A stretch of DNA of 62,736 nucleotides, counting the filler, from Vannella sp. (Eukaryota): the NCBI GenBank assembly GCA_023345925.1. It is 5 parts of 5 records of this genome, joined end to end, with 100 filler letters (N's around TTAATTAATTAA, not from the genome) between each part and the next. Parts side by side here need not be neighbours in the genome. Positions count along the whole stretch, not along the records: positions 21,987 to 51,586 come from JAJQQN010000780.1; 4 more parts are not named here. One strand, given 5' to 3'. The notes beneath the pieces are model-generated. The model was given only the letters and a program-made list of their open reading frames with translations. It was not told the DNA's origin and searched no databases. Both the position numbers and the translations under genes were made by a program. Positions 22,162 to 30,965 of the stretch are shown one piece after another. The first letter of the stretch is position 1. The number at the start of each line of letters is the position of its first letter.

Positions 22162-25100
22162 TTGCAATCGGAAAAGAGGGAGTTGTTGAGATCGACCGAA
22201 CCCCCACCCATTCGTACTCTCCCTTATTACAACCACAGGTTCCCTGTTGGAACAGAGCTTTTGGTGACGGTTTACAATTGCTTAGAATTTGATGACACAG
22301 CAACATTCGAGATCCAGATAACTGAATTCCCTGACATCACTTCCTCAGACTTGTGCGACACTGTGGAACTTCTTACACTTGGAGAAACTCGAAGGGATAA
22401 CTTCCGCACGAACCCATTGTTCCCAGAGACACTGGAAGCCAACAATATCATCCTTTGTGTTGGCCAAAATGATCGGTTCTCAAGTGGAGATCCAGCTTTG
22501 ATCTTCAGTTACATTGCAAATAGCTCGGCAGAGTTGGTCATTTCTGCTGTTGGTACATCCAGTGAAACGATTCTCATCTCGATTTACACTGGCGCCTGTG
22601 GTGCCTTTGATCCGTGCTACCAACCTCGATCCTCGAACCTTGCACAAGTTGCAGGACTTCAAGCTGGACAAAGAATCTTTATCGTCCTCCAAGGGGAAGG
22701 AAACTTTGACATCCAAGTTCATGAAGGTCCTTTCGTCGAACTGTCAGTGAGAGTGGATTCAGCACCTCTTATGGTCAACAGACAGGTGGGACACTTCTTC
22801 AACTTCAGCCAGCGTTTCTATACTGCATCAGAAATGGGGTTCGGAAGAGTTAAATTTGAGACGAGACCCACTTTCTTCCGTTACCGGTTGGAAAACACGT
22901 ATCCAGAGCTTCGAATCACTTTATCTGGAGTGACTAACGTGGCGATGAGCATCTATACTGTCGATGTTAATGGTCAACCGACTTTATTGAACGGATATTA
23001 CAGTCGGTTTACCGGTCTGGACGTCGAACAAGTGTTCCTTGCCTTCAGAAAGAATTATCTGAGTACCACCAAACAGTTACTCCGCGGGCAAGAGCTCCTC
23101 ATAGCTGCTGCTGCATATGACAATACGCCATTCGTTGCACCATATCGAGTTCTGATCCAAGAAGTTCCAACGGACTATTACTACGAGAATGAGGGAGGCC
23201 CAAAGCCACACCCTATTCTCTCGTCCATTCCCATCGCGCACATGGAAAGATTGGTTGGATCTACTACCGGAAAGAAGCTTTTAAGTGAGGCAGGACTACC
23301 GATTTGTCCTTTACAATTCCCTCACGATCCGGTGCAGCTTTTCGAGTTTACGAGGACAGACAAGAATAGTACTCTCCTTTTCAGCACCTGTGATAACACA
23401 AGACATTGCGGACAAACTGTTCTGACTGTCTATGGAAAGTTGAACAACCAGCTTGTTTGCTTGGCGTCAGACAACACTGCTTGCCTTCGACAAGCAGAGG
23501 TGCATCTCTTTGGTCCGGAGGTGGATCCAGACATCACAGTTTTGTACGTCGCTGTGCAAGCTGTCAACTGTTTCGGAGTATCGTTCGAAAACTATGTCCC
23601 TAACTTTAGTGAAGGCTCAGGGAACTTCAATCTGCTCGATGACCAAGTCTATTCTCAACGCTTTTCTCTTTTTGCAGAGGAATTCGACCCTGCTGGGCGA
23701 GATCCCATTCTTAGGCCGATGACTAGCAACAAGCCACTTCCTCTCTTCATTGACCCATTCCGACCTTCTTCTGTGAATCTCCCTTATTGTGGTTTAGAGG
23801 AAACGCCACTCCCCGCTGAATATGGATACTATCAGACAAAAATAGAGTCCTCGGAGCTCATCTTCAGCACTTGTGAGCTTGGAACAGACATAGACACGTA
23901 CATGGCAGTTTGGCGACGCGAGAGTGGAGTGTGGGAGTGCTTCTTGAAGGAATTATCGGATGGCTGCAGCCTGCTTTCGAGTCCAGACCGACATCCAATC
24001 GGGACAGAGTTCATGATTGCTGCCAAAAGTGTGGAAGCTAAAGCGGGTAGAGTGGAGCTCAGAGTCCTTGAGAAAATCCCTCCCGCTCCCAATGCACAAT
24101 GTAGCACCTCCCAGACTCTGGTCGAAGGTCAGGTGACTCCTGGGAGAACAACTGGCTCCATTACCAACGCGAGAATGCTCCCTTCTTGCGATGGGCTCAA
24201 CCACAATTCTCCCGCTGTTTTCTTCAATTTCACAGTTCCTGGACAACGAGAGGGCCAAGTGGTGGTCACCACAGATCTTCCCGGATCTCCACCTTCCTTT
24301 GATACTGTCCTTTGGCTGTACAGTGGAACTTGCGGTAATTTGACGTGCGTTATTCAGCAGGATGATAACCTTCCAAGACGAGGATCCAATTTGACTTATT
24401 CAGGCACTTTCCCCAGCAACACAGAGCTGATTTTGGTGGTGCTGGGATACGATGTTGGAGAGGGAGAGTTCTCTGTGCTGCTGCAATCACTGCCGTCAGC
24501 TTCTAGCAGTATCACGCCATCATCAAGCCCCACCGCTTCAATTACTCCCTCTGTATCAGTTACTGGCAGTTCTTCAGGAAGCCCTTCAGATTCGGCCTCA
24601 ATCACGCCATCTGTCTCAACTTCTGTCACCGCTAGTCTCTCCTTTGGGGCATCTCCATCTTCCACCAACTCTGATTCAGTATCTCCTTCTCCAAGTCCAA
24701 GTCCAACCCTTTCTGTGACAGCGTCCTCTTCGCCCACTGGCTCTATTTCAATGACGGCCACATCTTCACTCTCTTTTGGAGCATCTCCTTCAACCACAAG
24801 TTCAGTTTTTGCTTCTCCGACAGCGGCACTTTCTGTGGGAGCGTCTCTGTCTGCTTCAGGTTCAATTTCCGATGCAGCTTCTTCAACGATGACGTCTTCG
24901 CTCTCTGTGGGAGCATCTCCTTCGTCGTCCAACTCTGACTCTGACACTCCCTCTCTTAGTTCGACGGCATCCCTTTCTTTTGGAGCGTCTTCCTCCAAGT
25001 CATTGTCTTCATCTCCCTCTGTGATAGCTTCTCCCTCAAAGTCTTTGTCTTCGTCTCTCTCTGTGGGAGCTTCTCCCTCAAAGTCAGTGTCTTCATCTCT

Positions 25101-25950
25101 CTCCGTGGGAGCTTCTCCATCTTCCACCTCAGAGCCAAGCAGATCTTCAAGCAAAACAGCCGCGCCCAGTTTGACAAGAAAGCCATCATCCAATGTGGAG
25201 TCTTCATCAAGCAGCTCGACCCCATCGCTAGCGGCCAGCCCTAGTGCCCAGGTGAACTCTCTTCTCGGTGAATTGGCATTGGAATGTCCCACTTGCGAGT
25301 TCTTCCAAGTGATCTTGAGGCCAGAAAACCTCACAAAGATTGACCCATTCCTCTACACTCTGACCACCCCTTCCGGTCAAGTGGTGGCGACTTTCGCCAT
25401 TCCATCTGGTTTGAGCAATCGGCCTAACACCACGTTAGTCATTTCATACTGCCCCAACGTGCCCTCCAACTTCTCCAATCCGAACCTGGGCGGCTCCATT
25501 CTCGACATCCAGCTTCTGGATAGCACTGGAGAGTTCATCACTCAATTGGATGAGCCGTTGATCATTTGTCTCAATCGGCCAAACCGGCCAGTCAAGAACA
25601 AGAACGCCTGTTTGAGCTATTATGACGAGGACTCAAAGAAATGGAAATGCGAAGACGAGTGTCTTCATTTCAGGGACCGGAACGATCAGCTTTGTGGTGA
25701 GACCAACCATCTGACCAACTTTGCTTTGCTTTTGGCTGGGGCTTCCGGCAACAACCGTGCCAACAACAACCCTTGCAGTTCTTCCAGTGTGGACAACACT
25801 TTCGCGTGGGTTTCTTTGGGAATGGTCGCTGGAGCCATTCTGATTGTTGCTCTTTGCGTGATCGTTGTTGAAGTCAGAACCCGCTGGATGGCCCACCGAC
25901 TCGACTCTTCCATCAAACACAAGATCAGAGTCGGCTCCCGCGGCGTCTAG
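22162..25950 (+). CDS. Large single-pass surface protein with repeated beta-rich domains, Ser/Thr stalk, GAIN/GPS-like domain and TM (5' partial)
   Basis: Repeated FSTC...(D)T.L.VY...C modules, a Ser-rich stalk, then CLSYYD...W.C...CGETNHLTNFALLL and a TM helix WVSLGMVAGAILIVALCVIVV. Confidence 0.8.
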   Translation: MQSEKRELLRSTEPPPIRTLPYYNHRFPVGTELLVTVYNCLEFDDTATFEIQITEFPDITSSDLCDTVELLTLGETRRDNFRTNPLFPETLEANNIILCVGQNDRFSSGDPALIFSYIANSSAELVISAVGTSSETILISIYTGACGAFDPCYQPRSSNLAQVAGLQAGQRIFIVLQGEGNFDIQVHEGPFVELSVRVDSAPLMVNRQVGHFFNFSQRFYTASEMGFGRVKFETRPTFFRYRLENTYPELRITLSGVTNVAMSIYTVDVNGQPTLLNGYYSRFTGLDVEQVFLAFRKNYLSTTKQLLRGQELLIAAAAYDNTPFVAPYRVLIQEVPTDYYYENEGGPKPHPILSSIPIAHMERLVGSTTGKKLLSEAGLPICPLQFPHDPVQLFEFTRTDKNSTLLFSTCDNTRHCGQTVLTVYGKLNNQLVCLASDNTACLRQAEVHLFGPEVDPDITVLYVAVQAVNCFGVSFENYVPNFSEGSGNFNLLDDQVYSQRFSLFAEEFDPAGRDPILRPMTSNKPLPLFIDPFRPSSVNLPYCGLEETPLPAEYGYYQTKIESSELIFSTCELGTDIDTYMAVWRRESGVWECFLKELSDGCSLLSSPDRHPIGTEFMIAAKSVEAKAGRVELRVLEKIPPAPNAQCSTSQTLVEGQVTPGRTTGSITNARMLPSCDGLNHNSPAVFFNFTVPGQREGQVVVTTDLPGSPPSFDTVLWLYSGTCGNLTCVIQQDDNLPRRGSNLTYSGTFPSNTELILVVLGYDVGEGEFSVLLQSLPSASSSITPSSSPTASITPSVSVTGSSSGSPSDSASITPSVSTSVTASLSFGASPSSTNSDSVSPSPSPSPTLSVTASSSPTGSISMTATSSLSFGASPSTTSSVFASPTAALSVGASLSASGSISDAASSTMTSSLSVGASPSSSNSDSDTPSLSSTASLSFGASSSKSLSSSPSVIASPSKSLSSSLSVGASPSKSVSSSLSVGASPSSTSEPSRSSSKTAAPSLTRKPSSNVESSSSSSTPSLAASPSAQVNSLLGELALECPTCEFFQVILRPENLTKIDPFLYTLTTPSGQVVATFAIPSGLSNRPNTTLVISYCPNVPSNFSNPNLGGSILDIQLLDSTGEFITQLDEPLIICLNRPNRPVKNKNACLSYYDEDSKKWKCEDECLHFRDRNDQLCGETNHLTNFALLLAGASGNNRANNNPCSSSSVDNTFAWVSLGMVAGAILIVALCVIVVEVRTRWMAHRLDSSIKHKIRVGSRGV
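24495..25250 (+). repeat. Degenerate coding repeats (SLS[F/V]GASPS) in the Ser/Thr stalk
   Basis: About seven copies of tctctctc(c/t)(t/g)t(t/g)gg.gc.tc.cc-like units. Confidence 0.8.
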
Positions 25951-26121
25951 GGTGCTGCTGTGTTCCCAATAAAGTGATTTACTCGATAACGTCTTCGTCC
26001 GCTCTTTTCAGGACTCTCGAATGAATGGACCCTCGATCTTCCCTCTATCTTCCCTCCACTCCAAGCCTGGACCCGCAACACAGACTCTTTGAGTTACCTA
26101 TCAACGGGAATGTGCTGTTCT

Positions 26122-27621
26122 TTAGTTCAGGGAAGCTGCCAGGAAGCGTGCAGCGTGGCAAAGGCCCGGTTCGGTGGTCGTTGTGAGGTGTTGGAGGCTG
26201 TTTAGCGCTGTTGGATGGCGCTTTAGGAGGTCTTTGGTGATAGAAAGTGGGCTCAGGTTAGCAAGAATGAAGCAAGCTTGCCTTTGGAGCTCTTCTGGAC
26301 CGACAGAGAGAAGAATAAGAAGTTTGGGTAGTGAGTAGTGTGCCACTGCCTCCCTAAGCAACAATGAGCCGGAACTGAGGTTAGAAAGCATGAACAATGA
26401 CTCGAGCACGATAGCTTCGTCCCTTTCGAGAAGATCAAGTACCGAGGGAAGGAAGAGGGCGTGTCCTACCAACGCCGACGCTATTAACGGCGACATTCTC
26501 ACCAGGAGACCACACAGCTGGATGGTGGACACGATGTTACACTCACTTACACCTCTGTATCGCACCAGTATTGCCAACAACGCGCGGAGGATCGAATCGG
26601 CATTTGGTGACAGATTGGACGGTCCCTGTGAGCTGAGGAGGGAAGCTGGCATGTCCAGTAGCAGGGCAAGAGAGTCAGGATGTATCCTAAGAAGGTGAAA
26701 GGCCAGTGAAGCTCCCTCTGCAACAACTTCCAGCAGAGTAAAAGAGTATTTGGGGTCTTCTTGCTCAAGATCGGTTGAAGCGAGTGCCAGAAGGCGGCTG
26801 ATAGAGTGATGAACACCTTCATCAACTATTTGAGCTATCAGATCGGGTACTACTGGAGCGAGCATCAAGTTACACAGAGCCCAAGCGACAATTCTGTTCG
26901 ATCTGAGGTTAGAGAGGGGTACGAGGGTCAAGTGCTGAACCACAAGTCAAAGAGACACTTACGCTTGACCGTGGAGCAGAGAGAGAGGGAGAATGGGGGA
27001 GGAAGGGAGCCTTCTCTGCGAGTGCGGTTGAAGAAGTCGACAAAGGAGACTCGCTGGAGATCCATGAGGTGTTGTAACTGAGCACAAGGAGCGGCAAGAT
27101 GAACAGCATCCCGCAACGTTGCCGACTATCCACACGGCAGGCTCTTGTAGTGAAGTTTGTACTCCCTTCCCGAGGAGAGGGAGCAATGCGGCACCCAAGA
27201 GAGTTCCCAAGCTTTGGCAAGCTTGATGAGAACGGTTTGTCAGTAGTACAAGACACCAGCCAGCTACAGCTTGCTCAGAGACCTTGCAATGATCCACAAA
27301 CACCCACAAAAGTCCCAGCAGTTCTCCCTCTGGCAGCTCCAGCTCTGGATCAGTGCACAGAGCATCATAAACGGTAAACAAAGCCTCTCGCGTGTCATTT
27401 GAGAAGACAGAGCCGCCTGGCAAGGCAGAAAGGAGAGAGGAAGGAGCCAAACAAGCCTTCTCCCTCGCCCCAGCAACAGGCAGCGTCGGTAGCCTTCGCC
27501 TACGCTCCAACTTCCCTTCTCTCCGCTCGTTTGCTTCCCTCACAGACGCCTGCCGCCTCCTAACCCCTCTCCCATCCTTAACCGCTTCGCCTTTCGACTT
27601 GCCGAGCTCGCGGTGGTTCAT
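26122..27621 (-). CDS. Divergent importin-alpha-like ARM-repeat protein
   Basis: IBB-like RRRQASVREANERREGKLERRRRL and ARM motifs AVWIVGNVAG, AWALCNL, ACFILANL. One intron near 26935-26962. Confidence 0.7.
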
Positions 27622-27689
27622 ACAGAGCTTGTGCAGCTGTCCTTCGCAAGGTAGAGAGGAATGAGACAGTTTCGGAGGGCCAGGAGGAG

Positions 27690-29393
27690 ATGCCCATCCC
27701 CAACTTCAACCTTCAGGACGATCTTCTGGCTTTGGTGGAGAGTGGAGACCGCGTATCGCCTGTGGTAGAAGCAGGTGGTCACTTGTGGGACTTCCGTCCT
27801 GTACTGGCTTCCATGCAGCGGCAGGTGCGCTCTCAAGGCTGTGCGAGACCGTTTCCTCGTCCGTCTCCTTCGGAGGAGCTGCGTCGCGCTCGCGCAGTGC
27901 TGAGGCTTCGAGAGACGTTCAATAGGCTTGTACAAGAGAAGCTTAAGATCAAAGCACCTAAAGAGTGCATCAATCGTTGGCTGTTCAACCAGTTAGCTGT
28001 TCCCACAGCTACGGATGGGGCGGACGCTCCCTTAGCTTCGGATCCGCTGCTGCGATGCCCGAAAGTGGCTCAGAATAGCAAAGTCCTTCATACGCAACTA
28101 GTGGAGAACCTTCCCGGCTCTCTGGTGGTCTCCTGGGGCAGTAGACGGGACCTGAGGGCTTGCAGAACGGTCTTCCTGAAGTACGCTGATAGTGCACTGG
28201 ACTGGATCGCTCTGTGGCGCAAGGAGGAACCTCCCAAAGAGGAACTAGAGAAGCTGCGAGAGATCCGCAAGAAGCTGGAGATCATCGCGAGCGACATCGA
28301 GGAGTCACGAGACCTTGGGAGCCTTTATCAGCTCAAGAAGGCAGCGCAGGACCTCTGTAGTTCTGATTTCTTCCAATCCCGCTTCTCAGAAGCGATAGAC
28401 GAGATCGTAGCAGCGATTGTCCAACAAGCGGAGGAGGAAACTCGAAACGCTGAGGCGTCTTTGGGCACAGATAGCGAGCAGGTTAACGTGAAGATCTCTG
28501 CGTTCTCTCAGCAGCGCTCTTTTGAGTACCAAGAGGATGTGGTGACGATCTCTGGACTGCATTATCTGAAACTAGAGAAACTATATCACTTGCATAACGG
28601 CGCTTCGGCCTCTGCTTCGGACTCCAATCCTTTCGCAAAGTCGCCAGAAGAAGTGGAGGAGTTTCATAGGGCGCTGTATGTCCTTGCTAGGCGCTACGCC
28701 ACGTTCTTTGGTGAGAATGAAGGCGCGGCTTTCCATGCTGCTGCGCCAGAGTCCGCTTTTATGATTATGCGGGACTATCTTGATGTCTCACAGGAGCTAT
28801 TTGCTTCTCCGTTCAACTGCCACTTTGCTGATTACTGCTCAGCCTTCCCTGACATCGATTGTTGGTTCGGTTCTTGTGGGAGCTTCTTCGACTTTGTGCC
28901 TCTCAGCGGCTCTTACGAAGTGGGGCCTCCTTACACTATTGAGGTTATGGATCAGATGGCTGCGCGTCTGGAAAAGCTATTGAAAGAGTCAGAGCAGACA
29001 GAGATGAAGCAGCCTCTCTCCTTTATCGTTTTTGTGCCGGATTGGCGGAAGCCATTAGCAGGGTACCACGCTATTATGGACAACAGCCCATACTTGAGAA
29101 TGACTCTCTTGATGGATGGGAACGACCACGCTTATGTTGTGGGGGACCAACACACTTCAGATACTCGATACTTTAGTCTTCCTTTTGCTACTCGAGTGTA
29201 CGTCTTACAGAACGAAAAGGGCGCTGGACAGTGGCCTTCCGATGTGACCTTCCAACAGAAGCTCTCCGTCTCCCTGAGGAATCCTTTGGCTATGGCCCGG
29301 CAGCAGGAAGTAAATGAGAGAGACATTCGCCGTCCCTCTCTCAGAGCCAGCCGCTCTCGTTCTCCCCATCGCAAGCACTCCCGGCGATACTAA
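27690..29393 (+). CDS. PCIF1: PCIF1/CAPAM-family cap-adenosine methyltransferase homolog
   Basis: ELFASPFNC, YCSAFPDIDCWFGSCGSFFDF, SYEVGPPY, PLSFIVFVPDW, HAYVVGDQH and LQNEKG. 567-aa intronless ORF. Confidence 0.88.
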   Translation: MPIPNFNLQDDLLALVESGDRVSPVVEAGGHLWDFRPVLASMQRQVRSQGCARPFPRPSPSEELRRARAVLRLRETFNRLVQEKLKIKAPKECINRWLFNQLAVPTATDGADAPLASDPLLRCPKVAQNSKVLHTQLVENLPGSLVVSWGSRRDLRACRTVFLKYADSALDWIALWRKEEPPKEELEKLREIRKKLEIIASDIEESRDLGSLYQLKKAAQDLCSSDFFQSRFSEAIDEIVAAIVQQAEEETRNAEASLGTDSEQVNVKISAFSQQRSFEYQEDVVTISGLHYLKLEKLYHLHNGASASASDSNPFAKSPEEVEEFHRALYVLARRYATFFGENEGAAFHAAAPESAFMIMRDYLDVSQELFASPFNCHFADYCSAFPDIDCWFGSCGSFFDFVPLSGSYEVGPPYTIEVMDQMAARLEKLLKESEQTEMKQPLSFIVFVPDWRKPLAGYHAIMDNSPYLRMTLLMDGNDHAYVVGDQHTSDTRYFSLPFATRVYVLQNEKGAGQWPSDVTFQQKLSVSLRNPLAMARQQEVNERDIRRPSLRASRSRSPHRKHSRRY

Positions 29394-29431
29394 TAAGACC
29401 ATAAACACGTGTCAGAGCGACAGAGCTCTAT

Positions 29432-30915
29432 TTACAGAAGGACTTCTTCCCGGCCATAACGCTCAATACAGTCGTCCACATGTGCCAAAAGCACTCGGAC
29501 GCGATGGTCAATACCTCGATAGAAGTCATCGGCTTGAAAACGCGCTGCAACGTTCCACCACCAAAAAAGGCCGGAATTGCGTTGAATATTGTACAATCCG
29601 GACTCGAACGCCGCCGGAATGGCGTCCTTGGCCATTTCTCTTCGCAATTGTGAGCCCAAGGATGCCTCTGGTGGCATTTCTCTGCTGTAATGAGTCAGAA
29701 TGTCGATAGTAGAGTCCCTAAACCGGCAAATGCGAGTGCAATTGGGCCGCTTGATGTTGTGAGGAGTATTTGTGGGATCGTCGCCGTTCCAGGCGTTCGT
29801 CCCACAGAGAATCTCGGTGTCCGCTTGCTCTCCAGTGAGCGGTAGATAACGAAGAAGGAAGGGGATCTTACCATTATACGGGCCGGAGTTCCAAGCCAAT
29901 CCGGAATCCCACACGAGAAGAACATTGTCTGCTGATGACTTCCAGTTGTGATGGCCCATCCTATCTCGGTCTTACTCTCTAGTAAGCACTCTCTGTGCTT
30001 CAAATGATGCGCCAGAAGGATCGCTCACCATCAACGAGGAAGTCGAAGAGAACCACGTCCGAGTACTCCAACATTCGCTCCACACTCGGCAGAGAGCTGC
30101 CTTCTCCAAGCTCCTCTTGACGGAGATAGCGACCAACTGTACCTGAAGGGTGCCGGTTGAGGATGCCAATCACCCAAGCGTGCATGGAAACCTCAAAACA
30201 GCGATGAGTGCTTGTCAATCAAGAAGAGGGAGCTCGTACTGGGACTTGCCGAGAGGGTAACCAATAGAGGAAGCGTCCCCATGTAGAGTAGTCATGTTGG
30301 TAGAGCACTTTGCTGTCCATCCAACGACCTACAACGGTTGGCTTCCTGTGCCAGCCCAGAACACGGTCGAGTGCGGTTCCACAGAGCTCTCCCCACCCTT
30401 GGTAGTCTCGATCCATCCTGAGAGCACTCCTAGGACGCTCTTGCCACCAGGAGAGGGTGGCAAAAGCAGATCTCGGCCAAAACAAGAGATCACGCTCAAG
30501 AGGCTTCGCCATAGCCACGTAGTCTCCTTCTAAGAGGAACATGTACTTCGCAGCCAGTCCGTAGTGGCCAATGATGAGCGTGTCCTGCCCCCGGAGTGAG
30601 GAGAGCCCTCGAGAATGAAGGATCCTTCTCTACCTTGATGTCGTTGTGCGCTAGAGCCTTCTGCCACTCTTGGTCTCTCTCCCGCATAGAAGCAAATGGC
30701 AATCGGAAGTCCTGAAAGACACGGGCGCTCGGATAATGATGAAGGACGTCCAGTCCGATCGCGCTCTTCTTGTCTTCTGGCAAACGAAGGATACTCAGCA
30801 CCACCACACTCCCCATCGCCCCAACAACCAACAGTAGAAGCCCCATCACCATCTGCCGCCTCCCACACCTGGCCAAGAACGAGATCCCTCCCGAAACCGC
30901 CCGCCGTAGCAGCAT
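29432..30915 (-). CDS. FAM20/Four-jointed-like secretory-pathway (Golgi) kinase, type II membrane
   Basis: N-terminal TM, AMAKP, GELCGTALDRVLGWHRKPTVVGR, spliced FDFLVDDRDRMGHHNW, LVWDSG, CRFRDST and IDHRVRVLLAHVDDCIERYG. Confidence 0.78.
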
Positions 30916-30965
30916 GGAAGGAAATGGTTCATTGGTTGACGCTTTCACGAAGGCGCAGCGTCCCT

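Noticed and set aside
24396..25334. 312-aa acidic antisense ORF
   Set aside because: Mirror of the Ser-rich coding repeats.
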